This document shows positions 19,639-27,977 of a DNA stretch of 64,000 nucleotides, piece by piece (the stretch's first letter is position 1; each line of letters starts with the position of its first letter). The notes beneath the pieces were generated by a model. The model was not told where the DNA came from. It did not search any database and saw only the letters and a program-made list of their open reading frames with translations. The translations under genes and the position numbers were made by a program. The stretch is from an uncultured bacterium (lineage in GTDB: Bacteria; Patescibacteriota; Kazan-3B-28), in assembly GCA_963695435.1 (NCBI GenBank), contig OY968788.1:134330-198329 (forward strand). The letters run 5' to 3'.

Positions 19639-19762
19639 CGTCGAAATGGCTTCGCCCGACGCGCGAACAAGTAAAACTTGTTCGGCTATTGAGGCTCAGC
19701 ATTTCTCCTTTCAAAATCACAAACAGTCGTTTTACTCCTTGGTTTGCGATTTTGGCTTAGGG
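19639..19762 (+). repeat. post-tRNA structured element, copy 1
   Basis: Shares gtcgaaatggcttc, tcggctattg, tcagcatttctcct and ctccttggtttgcgattttggctt with 54925-55077. Confidence 0.8.
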
Positions 19763-19772
19763 GAGGACATAG

Positions 19773-19801
19773 TTGACAGATAGGGCGACCTATTTCATAA
19801 T
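19773..19801 (+). promoter_or_regulatory. rplK promoter
   Basis: TTGACA-17-CATAAT. Confidence 0.65.
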
Positions 19802-19814
19802 GCCCCTTGTTATG

Positions 19815-19960
19815 CCCCGTAGAGAAATTTAGAACGCCCTTGGGCTAAAGCTATATTCTCTGCGGAAAAGCATGATTCTGATGAGTTATCGTTAGGGCAG
19901 GTTTATTAGGATAATGCCCAAGGCGAGGAGAGAATATAACTTCTAAATTCTTCTACGGGG
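19815..19960. mobile_element. 146-bp MITE-like element at the rplK start codon
   Basis: 20-bp TIR ccccgtagagaaatttagaa / ttctaaattcttctacgggg, flanked by tatg on both sides; sister copy at 41303-41450. Confidence 0.75.
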
Positions 19961-19961
19961 T

Positions 19962-20384
19962 ATGGCAAAGAAAGTTAAATCAGTTGTGAAGATCCAGCTC
20001 GAGGCTGGTAAAGCAAATCCCGCCCCTCCGGTGGGTACGGCTTTGGGGCCCCATGGCATTGCGATCATGGATTTTTGCAATCAGTACAACGAAGCGACCA
20101 AGTCGATGATGGGGAATGTAATCCCTGCTGTCGTTACGATTTTTGAAGACCGGTCATTCAACTTTATTTTGAAGCAGCCGCCAGCGGCCGAGCTTATCAA
20201 AAAAGCGCTTGGCATTGAAAAGGGCGCTAAAGTTCCGAACAAAGAAAATGTCGGTACATTGACGAAAGCACAACTTAGAGAAATTGCCGAAAAGAAAATG
20301 CCTGACATGAATGCTAATGATATTGAAGCGGCGATGAAGATTATTGCGGGGACCGCCAAAAACATGGGAGTGAAGATAGAATAA
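19962..20384 (+). CDS. rplK: 50S ribosomal protein L11
   Basis: [24 protein letters not shown]. Confidence 0.98.
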   Translation: MAKKVKSVVKIQLEAGKANPAPPVGTALGPHGIAIMDFCNQYNEATKSMMGNVIPAVVTIFEDRSFNFILKQPPAAELIKKALGIEKGAKVPNKENVGTLTKAQLREIAEKKMPDMNANDIEAAMKIIAGTAKNMGVKIE

Positions 20385-20463
20385 ATATATTTCTTTGAGG
20401 TGGGACCCATCCCCAGTTTGAAAAACTGGAGATGGGGATAATACCACGTAAAAGGAGAACGAA

Positions 20464-21282
20464 ATGCTAGAGAAGAAAGTTGTCACTAAAAAAGTGACGA
20501 AGAAGGCGGTTAAGAAACCTAGTGCGGGAGATGAATCCTCCTACGCCAAGGCTACGAAGGACATCGGAGCTAAGAAAAAGATAGCTCCTCGTAAGTTTGG
20601 GCGAGGGAAGAAATATCTCGCTGTTTTGCCGAAGGTAGATAAGGAAAAGTTTTATCCGGCAGATGAGGCGATTAAGTTAGCGCAGGAAACTTCCCCGAGC
20701 AAATTTGATGCAACGATAGAGTTGCATGTTTGTATGGGGTTGGATCCAAAGAAGCCTGAGCAAAATATCCGCGGAACTGTTTCGATGCCAGCCGGAACGG
20801 GCAGAACTAAAAAGATCTTGGTTTTGGCGGAGGAAGCAGATGCAAAGAAAGCATTGAGCGCGGGAGCAGATTACGCTGGTCTTGAAGATATGATTAAGAA
20901 AATCCAAGAAGGTTGGATGGATTTTGATTTGGTAATTGCAACACCAACAGCAATGCCTCAAGTTGGAAAACTTGGGCAGACATTGGGGACCAAAGGTTTG
21001 ATGCCAAATCCAAAATCAGGAACTGTTGCGCCTGATGTCGCGAAGGCAGTTGAAGAATTCAAAAAAGGAAAAGTTGAATTTCGTTTAGACAAAGACGCGA
21101 TTATTCATTTGGGGTTTGGGAAAGTTTCATTTAAGACAGAAGATTTGATGACGAACTTCAAAACGATTGTGAGCGCTATTCAATCGGCGAAACCTGCGGC
21201 GTCTAAAGGGTCTTACATCAAACGGATGTCAGTGGCTTCGACGATGGGGCCGGGGATCAAAATCGATCTTCAATCAATCTAA
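20464..21282 (+). CDS. rplA: 50S ribosomal protein L1 (N-terminally extended)
   Basis: KFDATIELH, GLMPNPKSGTV, STMGPGIK. Confidence 0.98.
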   Translation: MLEKKVVTKKVTKKAVKKPSAGDESSYAKATKDIGAKKKIAPRKFGRGKKYLAVLPKVDKEKFYPADEAIKLAQETSPSKFDATIELHVCMGLDPKKPEQNIRGTVSMPAGTGRTKKILVLAEEADAKKALSAGADYAGLEDMIKKIQEGWMDFDLVIATPTAMPQVGKLGQTLGTKGLMPNPKSGTVAPDVAKAVEEFKKGKVEFRLDKDAIIHLGFGKVSFKTEDLMTNFKTIVSAIQSAKPAASKGSYIKRMSVASTMGPGIKIDLQSI

Positions 21283-21285
21283 AGC

Positions 21286-21388
21286 TCTCGAGAGAAGAAC
21301 GAAGGTATGTTCCTCTCTCGACGCTCGTGGGCAAAGCCCATTTCGACAAGTCGAAACAAGCTCACTGCTCTTACCTCCACCTAAAAGA
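21286..21388 (+). repeat. post-stop structured element, copy A
   Basis: 103 bp identical to 23565-23667. Confidence 0.9.
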
Positions 21389-21520
21389 TAGAAAAGGAGA
21401 CCGTCCTGCTGTACAGCGGGGCGGTTTTTGTTTGGTGTATAATTTGGGTAAGGAACGACCGACCGATTTTGTAGGGGGCGGGGTTTCGGTATTGTAACTT
21501 ACAAATGAGGAGGTGAGGGG

Positions 21521-22183
21521 ATGCCTCACAGGAAGAAGGATCTGGAAAAGATTCTCAAGAACTTCTTCGTTTTCGAAGGTATAGACGGCTGTGGCAAAGG
21601 AACACAGACGCTGTTGCTAAAAGATCTCCTCGAGCACCATGGGTACGAGGTCTTAGCGACAGAAGAACCAACCAACGGAGAGATAGGCCGTAATATTCGG
21701 CGGGTTCTAGGAGAAGATGAGGGGATTATCAGACCGTCTATGGAGGTGTTGCAGTGTGAATGGTACACACAAGATAGACGGGAGCACCAATTCGAAATTC
21801 GTCGTGCTTTGGGTGGTGCAAAAAGAGTGGTTTTATGTGACAGATATTATCACTCAACCATCGCCTATGGTGCTGCCGCCAAGGACAACGTGCCGTTCGA
21901 TAAGACCTGGACGGTCAACCAAGAGTTCTACAAGCCGGGACTAACGATCTGGCTGAAAATTCCTCCCAAGGATGCGTTCAGAAGGCTCAACTCGCGAAAG
22001 CGCGACCTGTTTGAGAAGGACCCAGACTTTCAGATGAGGGTCCATCAGGAGTATGAGCGGCTGGCGGCGAGACCCGAGTTTTCGGAGATCGTGACAATTG
22101 ACGCCTCTCGATCCGTGGAGTTGGTAGCGCTTGATGTCCAAAAAGTAGTGGCTGCGCATTTAAACCCGCAGCGCGCTGCCTAG
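21521..22183 (+). CDS. tmk: thymidylate kinase
   Basis: FVFEGIDGCGKGTQ, TEEP, CDRY..STIAYG. Confidence 0.92.
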   Translation: MPHRKKDLEKILKNFFVFEGIDGCGKGTQTLLLKDLLEHHGYEVLATEEPTNGEIGRNIRRVLGEDEGIIRPSMEVLQCEWYTQDRREHQFEIRRALGGAKRVVLCDRYYHSTIAYGAAAKDNVPFDKTWTVNQEFYKPGLTIWLKIPPKDAFRRLNSRKRDLFEKDPDFQMRVHQEYERLAARPEFSEIVTIDASRSVELVALDVQKVVAAHLNPQRAA

Positions 22184-22216
22184 CAGGGTAAAACCTGTCT
22201 GTGTAACTTGATTCGA

Positions 22217-22242
22217 AAAGAGCCCGTGAAAGCGGGCTCTTT
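22217..22242 (+). terminator. intrinsic terminator
   Basis: aaagagcccg-tgaaag-cgggctcttt. Confidence 0.7.
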
Positions 22243-22288
22243 GCCTATGGGGTTGACAGGGGGTTGGCTGTCAGATAAGATGCTTTTG

Positions 22289-22392
22289 TCCTTTAGAGAC
22301 AGTAGGTGTTCGCGTCAAAGCGAAGTAAATCCTGCCGAGAGGGAGAAGACAGCTTTTATAGAGCTGTGACTACCTGCTCGGCGAGAGCAGAT
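22289..22392 (+). promoter_or_regulatory. L10 leader (autoregulatory RNA)
   Basis: AGACAGTAGG...TAAATCCTGCCGAG core upstream of rplJ, after TTGACA-17-TAAGAT. Confidence 0.7.
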
Positions 22393-22475
22393 TTTTATAA
22401 CTAGACTAATAGACGATAGACCAATAGACAAATAGCTATAAGTCCATTAGTCCATAGACCATAAGTCCAATTATT

Positions 22476-22997
22476 ATGCCTAAAACTAAGGTACAAAAAG
22501 GAGTGGTGATTGATGAGCTTACACAGGCGCTGAAGCAAAGCGCGAATAGCGTGGTGACCGATTTCAATAAGCTTACGATGGTAGATTTGGATAGTTTCCG
22601 CAAAGAAGCGCGGGCTAAGGGTTTGAAGTACACAGTAATCAAACCAACCTTGGTGCAGATTGCCGCTAAACAAGCCGGAATTGATGGACTGGCAATTTCC
22701 AAGACAGGGAAAAGCTACGGACTGGTTTGGGGTAATGCGGACGAGGTTAGTGTCTCCAAAGCAGCTTATGAATTTGCAAAAAAGAGTGATGATAGGGTGC
22801 ATATTACTTTGGGCATCATTGACGGAAAGATTGTCGCCGCGGATATGATTATGCAACTTGCAATGCTCCCGTCTTATGAAGAATTAATGGGTCGAGTGGT
22901 GGGAAGTATGAATGCACCGATTGCGAATTTTGTTTACGGATTGAATTACAATTTGCAGTCGTTTTATAACGTGGTCAAAGCGATTGCAAGCAGATAA
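22476..22997 (+). CDS. rplJ: 50S ribosomal protein L10
   Basis: LTMVDLDSFRKE, LAMLPSYEEL; precedes rplL. Confidence 0.93.
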   Translation: MPKTKVQKGVVIDELTQALKQSANSVVTDFNKLTMVDLDSFRKEARAKGLKYTVIKPTLVQIAAKQAGIDGLAISKTGKSYGLVWGNADEVSVSKAAYEFAKKSDDRVHITLGIIDGKIVAADMIMQLAMLPSYEELMGRVVGSMNAPIANFVYGLNYNLQSFYNVVKAIASR

Positions 22998-23017
22998 TTA
23001 TAGAAATTAAATAATTA

Positions 23018-23560
23018 ATGGAGAATATTATGGCAGATGAAAATACAATTCCAGAAGAGCAAGCTCCAGAAGCTTCCACCTCCGCTGAAGCTACGGTGGA
23101 CGTTCCGGTAGAAGCTCCAAAGGAAGATAAGAAAGTAGACAGTATGTCTACTGAAGCCTCGGCGAAGGTAGATGCAAGCAAGTTGTCAGGCAATGCCAAA
23201 AAAGTTTTGGACATGGTTAGTGAGATGACAGTGCTTGAGTTGGCTGAGCTCGTGAAAGTATTGGAAGACAAGTTCGGCGTGAGTGCCGCGCCTGTTGCCG
23301 TTGCCGCCGCTGGTGGTGCTGGTGCTGGAGCTGCAGCCGTCGAAGAGAAGAGCGAATACAACATTAACTTGGTTAATGCTGGTGCCAACAAAATCAACGT
23401 GATTAAGGCAGTTCGCGAAGTGACCGAGTTGGGCTTGAAAGAAGCCAAAGACTTAGTCGAAGGCGCACCAAAAATGGTGAAAGAAAATGTAAAGAAGGCG
23501 GACGCAGAAGAGATTAAGAAGAAATTAGAAGCCGCAGGTGCCAAAGTCGAGTTACAATAA
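23018..23560 (+). CDS. rplL: 50S ribosomal protein L7/L12 (acidic N-terminal extension)
   Basis: [39 protein letters not shown]. Confidence 0.97.
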   Translation: MENIMADENTIPEEQAPEASTSAEATVDVPVEAPKEDKKVDSMSTEASAKVDASKLSGNAKKVLDMVSEMTVLELAELVKVLEDKFGVSAAPVAVAAAGGAGAGAAAVEEKSEYNINLVNAGANKINVIKAVREVTELGLKEAKDLVEGAPKMVKENVKKADAEEIKKKLEAAGAKVELQ

Positions 23561-23564
23561 AATA

Positions 23565-23667
23565 TCTCGAGAGAAGAACGAAGGTATGTTCCTCTCTCGA
23601 CGCTCGTGGGCAAAGCCCATTTCGACAAGTCGAAACAAGCTCACTGCTCTTACCTCCACCTAAAAGA
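23565..23667 (+). repeat. post-stop structured element, copy B
   Basis: Identical to 21286-21388; followed by a terminator at 23678-23704. Confidence 0.9.
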
Positions 23668-23817
23668 AAGAATAAAGAAGCCCCGCCGAAAGGCGGGGCT
23701 TTTTGGTCTCTATTTGACCTTGGGGGCAGATGTGCTATCTTGCGGGTGGCGTGTTTTTGGCTCTAGAAGCCAAAAAGCGACTACTAGCTATTTGACATTT
23801 AGAAGGGGGTGATAACA

Positions 23818-24852
23818 ATGCGAAACGTTATTCTGTTTCTGTTAATAATGGGTCTGGTATCTTGCGTAACATCAAGAGTAACACGATGGACCAAGATGTC
23901 TGATCTAACGCCAAACAATCGAACAGCCTGGGAGAATCAGCTAAAACAATTGGTTCGGTATCCATCTAACCAAATACCCAGCGAGGATGGCGTTTGGGTG
24001 GACAACGGCTATGGCTGGCAAGGGTCATACTCTGACTCGGTGCCAGTACTGTTTTGTTCTCCGGAGTTTAGGGTGGTTCATGTGGGTTCCCACGGAGCAC
24101 CTTGGGTTTTGAAAGAGGGCGGCGTAGAAATCTTTTCAGAAAGTGAGTTCAGTCTCACTTCGGTCGATAGTGCCAATCATCCTGTTGAGAGGAAGGTTTT
24201 CAATCGAACAGTTGTTGGGAAGATTTCTCCGTTAGCGCAACTGACTTCGGATAAAGCGAAGGTGTTTCAGGTAATAATGCAGAAACGTTCAAAGACAGGA
24301 CTCTATTGGGTAGAAGATGGTAGCGGTATTGGTTTCATCTATGTTGATCCCAAGATGTCTTTCAATCTTTTCAATAGGGGGGAGAAACTAGACGGTACGG
24401 TTTCTATCTATGATGGGGACGGAAAGCTTTTGGAACAACATCCCGATATGTTCCAAAAGGAGCTTGGTATTCGGTTGGACAAGAGTATGAAAAAGTTTTC
24501 AGTGGAATGGAAAATGGATGGTTCAACCACCCTTTTCAACCACTGGGCGACTGTGATGGATTATTCTTACCCAATTCTGATAGATGCGCAGGGGGAGGTT
24601 GGGGTACCGACCTCGAGCTGGAACTTAACACAGGCTGATGTAATTTATGGCACTACCCCACCTAGCCCTTGGGCAAATTGCTATCGGGAGGGCTGGGTGC
24701 AAGTTAACATTGCCAGAAGTACTAATCTTAGCGCTTGGGTTGATGTGACGATTGATCTAGACGCTTCCACTCCTACTGGGATTATCCCAGTAGGAATAGC
24801 TTTTGTGACGATTACGGTGCCTTGCGATTCTACATCTACTATAGGAAGGTGA
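23818..24852 (+). CDS. hypothetical lipoprotein
   Basis: MRNVILFLLIMGLVSC lipobox-like signal; beta-rich sequence. Confidence 0.7.
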   Translation: MRNVILFLLIMGLVSCVTSRVTRWTKMSDLTPNNRTAWENQLKQLVRYPSNQIPSEDGVWVDNGYGWQGSYSDSVPVLFCSPEFRVVHVGSHGAPWVLKEGGVEIFSESEFSLTSVDSANHPVERKVFNRTVVGKISPLAQLTSDKAKVFQVIMQKRSKTGLYWVEDGSGIGFIYVDPKMSFNLFNRGEKLDGTVSIYDGDGKLLEQHPDMFQKELGIRLDKSMKKFSVEWKMDGSTTLFNHWATVMDYSYPILIDAQGEVGVPTSSWNLTQADVIYGTTPPSPWANCYREGWVQVNIARSTNLSAWVDVTIDLDASTPTGIIPVGIAFVTITVPCDSTSTIGR

Positions 24853-24857
24853 TTACA

Positions 24858-25388
24858 ATGCGAATTATTCTGATGTTTGTCGCGGTAGCGACCGTGATGT
24901 TGATGGCGGGGTGCAAGGCCATCTCGGGTCCGAAAGGGCCGAGCCAGCCCGGGACGTATCTCAATAAGCAGTGGGGACATCCGATTGTGCTGGTAAACCC
25001 GCTAGAGACCAAAGAAGAACAGAAGGCATGGAGCAATGATTTCGGTGCTAGCGGGGTAGACACTTTTCGGGTGGTAGACATTGATAAGACATTTGAAGTC
25101 CACTCGGAAGCTGTCATACACCCCGGTAGCGCGGAGTTTGAGCTCGATGTCTACCCTGGGTCATCGATGTACGGGTTACTGGGGGGGATGACCGCTGCTC
25201 CGGCTGACTATTTTAAGGACTACAAGGGTTCGACGGATAGTATCAAAGTTCTCTACATAGGGGAGTTTGACTTGGGCTCGAAAGACGATCCGAAGCCTAT
25301 ATCAAAATTCAGCGTGTTCCTTATTTCTCGGGGTCGGTATCTTATTGATGCCGTTGAAGGGGAGGGAAGGATACTCGTTGAATGGTAG
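24858..25388 (+). CDS. hypothetical lipoprotein
   Basis: MRIILMFVAVATVMLMAGC lipobox; terminator at 25407-25442. Confidence 0.7.
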   Translation: MRIILMFVAVATVMLMAGCKAISGPKGPSQPGTYLNKQWGHPIVLVNPLETKEEQKAWSNDFGASGVDTFRVVDIDKTFEVHSEAVIHPGSAEFELDVYPGSSMYGLLGGMTAAPADYFKDYKGSTDSIKVLYIGEFDLGSKDDPKPISKFSVFLISRGRYLIDAVEGEGRILVEW

Positions 25389-25569
25389 GGAGATGAATGA
25401 ACATTGAAGTGGGCGGTCTGCTATGCAGATCCGCCCACTTTTAATATCCAAATATAACTAGAAAAACAGAAATAAAAAATCGCCAACTCCTTGACGATGA
25501 ATCTATCATAGCACACCCAAAACCAAAAAACTAGATTGTGCGAAAAAATAGACCAAGTAGAATTTAGTT

Positions 25570-27357
25570 GTGAGGGATTTTAAGAGATTACTTATAGAAA
25601 TGAAGCCGATGTATCCGGTTTTGTTTTTGATTACAGTCTTGGCGTTGATTAGTACCAGTGCCATTATGGCGACTCCTTGGTTGTATCGGGAGCTGATTAA
25701 TTTTCTGACCAGCTATAAGCTAAGTAAGCTATTCGCGGAGATTATCTCAACAAGAGATCCGGTAGAGATATTGCTCTGGTTGATAGGGATGTATTTTGTT
25801 CTGCAGATTCTGCTTACGGTGACTAGGGCGATAGAATTGTATTTTCGTAATGTATCTAGCACTCGGGCATATCTTTATTTTTCAGTTAAAGGGTTGCAGA
25901 AGTTGCATACTTTGCCGGTAGAGTATTTTGAGAAACGGTCGGCGGGGGCTTTGCGGGAAAGAGTTCAGAGTGGGGCAAGTGAAATGTTTGGAATTTCCCG
26001 AAATATTGTTTCGGAAGTTTTGCCGACTTTGCTGACTTTTATTGTTGCGGTGGTTGTGTTGATGAGGTTCGATTTTAGATTGTCTTTGGGTTTGGCAATT
26101 GCAGCGCCGATTTATATTGTGATTTCAATTTGGAGAGCGAAGATACTACGCTTTTGGCAAAAGAAATTCCGCAATGTGATGGAGAAGGGCGGAAAGTTGT
26201 TTATGGAGAATTTGTTTCACTATCAGCTGATAAAAGAATTTAGTAGGCAAACTTATGAAGAACAGCGGTTGGGCAAAACCTATGACAAGGGAGTAGAAAT
26301 TTCAAAACGAAAGGAGCGGGCAGTACGGGTGATGGGAATTGTCCGAGAGGTAGTGGCGGATTCTGCGTATATGTGGGTCTATGGGTATGGTGGCTATTTG
26401 GTGTTGAAGGGTCAGCTTTCTCTGGGTGACTTGATTTTATTTGTTGCTTATTTGGATAGGGTGTTTAGCCCTCTGCGTTGGGTGACGGATATTTACGATC
26501 AACTGCAGGTGGGGTTTGTATCGATTGGACGGTTGTTTAAAATTTGGGATATCAAACCGGCGGTGGATGATATTCCGAATGCTAAACCTTTGAAGGTGAC
26601 TAATGGTGAAATAAAGTTTGAGAAAGTTTCATTTACATACAGAAGTAGTAAGAGGCAAAAAGGAGAGCGAACGGTATTTCGCAACTTTAATCTGACGATT
26701 TACCCGCATGAGATGTTGGCGATTATCGGACCATCAGGCGGAGGAAAATCGACGCTGACTAAACTACTACTTCGATTGTATGACCCAGAAAAAGGGAGAA
26801 TTGTAATTGATGGGCAGGACATTAGCCAAGTGAAGCAGAATTCGGTGCGGGATAATATCGGAACTGTGATGCAGGAAGTCGGGGCGGTGAATCATACTTT
26901 GCAATACAATATCAAATATGGAAAACTGCAGGCGTCGATGGACAAAGTAATATTGGCAACGAAGGTCGCGAATTTGTATCAGTTCGTGATGTCTTTGAGA
27001 AACAAATTCAAAACTCGGATTGGGGAGCGGGGAGTGAAGTTGTCGGGCGGAGAGAAACAGCGATTGGCGATTGCGAGAGCGCTTTTGAAGAATGCGCCGA
27101 TTTTGGTTTTGGATGAGGCTACTAGTGCGCTTGATTCGGAGAATGAAAAATTGATTCAGGAAGCGTTGTGGAAATTGATTGAAGGACGGACGACAGTGGT
27201 GATTGCTCATCGGCTTTCGACGGTGAAACGGGCGGATAGGATTATTGTGGTGGAAAAGGGGAAGATTACCGAGCAGGGAACTCACAAGGAGCTGATGAAG
27301 AAGAGCGGATATTACCGCCGGCTGTTCACTTTGCAGGGGGCGATGTTGGAGGAGTAG
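25570..27357 (+). CDS. ABC exporter, fused permease/ATPase (MsbA/MdlB-like)
   Basis: TM domain; GPSGGGKST, LSGGEKQR, LDEATS, IAHRLST. Confidence 0.95.
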   Translation: MRDFKRLLIEMKPMYPVLFLITVLALISTSAIMATPWLYRELINFLTSYKLSKLFAEIISTRDPVEILLWLIGMYFVLQILLTVTRAIELYFRNVSSTRAYLYFSVKGLQKLHTLPVEYFEKRSAGALRERVQSGASEMFGISRNIVSEVLPTLLTFIVAVVVLMRFDFRLSLGLAIAAPIYIVISIWRAKILRFWQKKFRNVMEKGGKLFMENLFHYQLIKEFSRQTYEEQRLGKTYDKGVEISKRKERAVRVMGIVREVVADSAYMWVYGYGGYLVLKGQLSLGDLILFVAYLDRVFSPLRWVTDIYDQLQVGFVSIGRLFKIWDIKPAVDDIPNAKPLKVTNGEIKFEKVSFTYRSSKRQKGERTVFRNFNLTIYPHEMLAIIGPSGGGKSTLTKLLLRLYDPEKGRIVIDGQDISQVKQNSVRDNIGTVMQEVGAVNHTLQYNIKYGKLQASMDKVILATKVANLYQFVMSLRNKFKTRIGERGVKLSGGEKQRLAIARALLKNAPILVLDEATSALDSENEKLIQEALWKLIEGRTTVVIAHRLSTVKRADRIIVVEKGKITEQGTHKELMKKSGYYRRLFTLQGAMLEE

Positions 27358-27412
27358 GGGGTAGGGGTAGTATCTAGTATCTAGAGGCGAAAAGGATGAA
27401 AAATGAAGAAGG

Positions 27413-27892
27413 ATGATTAATAAGACTTTGGTTACCAGTTTGTCGAAGATGGTTAAGCGTGACCAGCAACTGCGTAAGCGCGCAGTTATTTCTGGTAATT
27501 TAAAAGATGGGCTGGCTATCAAAAAGATAGACGATTCTCACCACAAATGGCTAAAGAGTTTTATTCAAAAATATGGTTATCCCAATGTTCGATTAGTAGG
27601 GAAGAGGGGGATGCATGATTTTTGGTTACTCATTCAACACCAAGATGATAATTTAAAGCTACAAGAGGACTGTTTGGCTCACTGCAATTTTGAACAGAAA
27701 GACAAAGCATTTCTTACTGACAGGGTTTTATTGGCGCAGGGGAAAAAGCAGATTTATGGCACACAGTTCCATCGTGATACAAAAGGACAGTTGGTGCCTC
27801 GTCCAATACGCAATAAGGCTGGTCTAGATGCTAGGAGACGGTCAGTGGGTTTGGGATCTTTCAAGAAATATCAAGAGCATTTTGAGGGGTAG
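27413..27892 (+). CDS. DUF6624-like protein
   Basis: DQQLR, YGYP..VG, WLLIQH, AFLTDRV..GKKQIYGTQF, RRRSVGL. Confidence 0.8.
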   Translation: MINKTLVTSLSKMVKRDQQLRKRAVISGNLKDGLAIKKIDDSHHKWLKSFIQKYGYPNVRLVGKRGMHDFWLLIQHQDDNLKLQEDCLAHCNFEQKDKAFLTDRVLLAQGKKQIYGTQFHRDTKGQLVPRPIRNKAGLDARRRSVGLGSFKKYQEHFEG

Positions 27893-27977
27893 GCTGGACG
27901 CTTGACTTTGGGGGGTTCTGTGGTATGATTTATCCGCTTCTAGAGCGGGTTTTTTATACCTAGTATAATCAGGTGTT

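Noticed and set aside
19878-19885. Hammerhead core CTGATGAG in the rplK element
   Set aside because: No downstream stem II-GAAA, and the motif is not conserved in the ftsA copy.
19827-19949. T4 gene 60-style hop with matched ATT take-off and landing codons
   Set aside because: In frame only in the rplK copy; the match is a by-product of the TIR symmetry.
21286-23667. Composite transposon or prophage att sites around tmk-rplJL
   Set aside because: No recombinase, the cargo is essential, and related repeats occur singly elsewhere.
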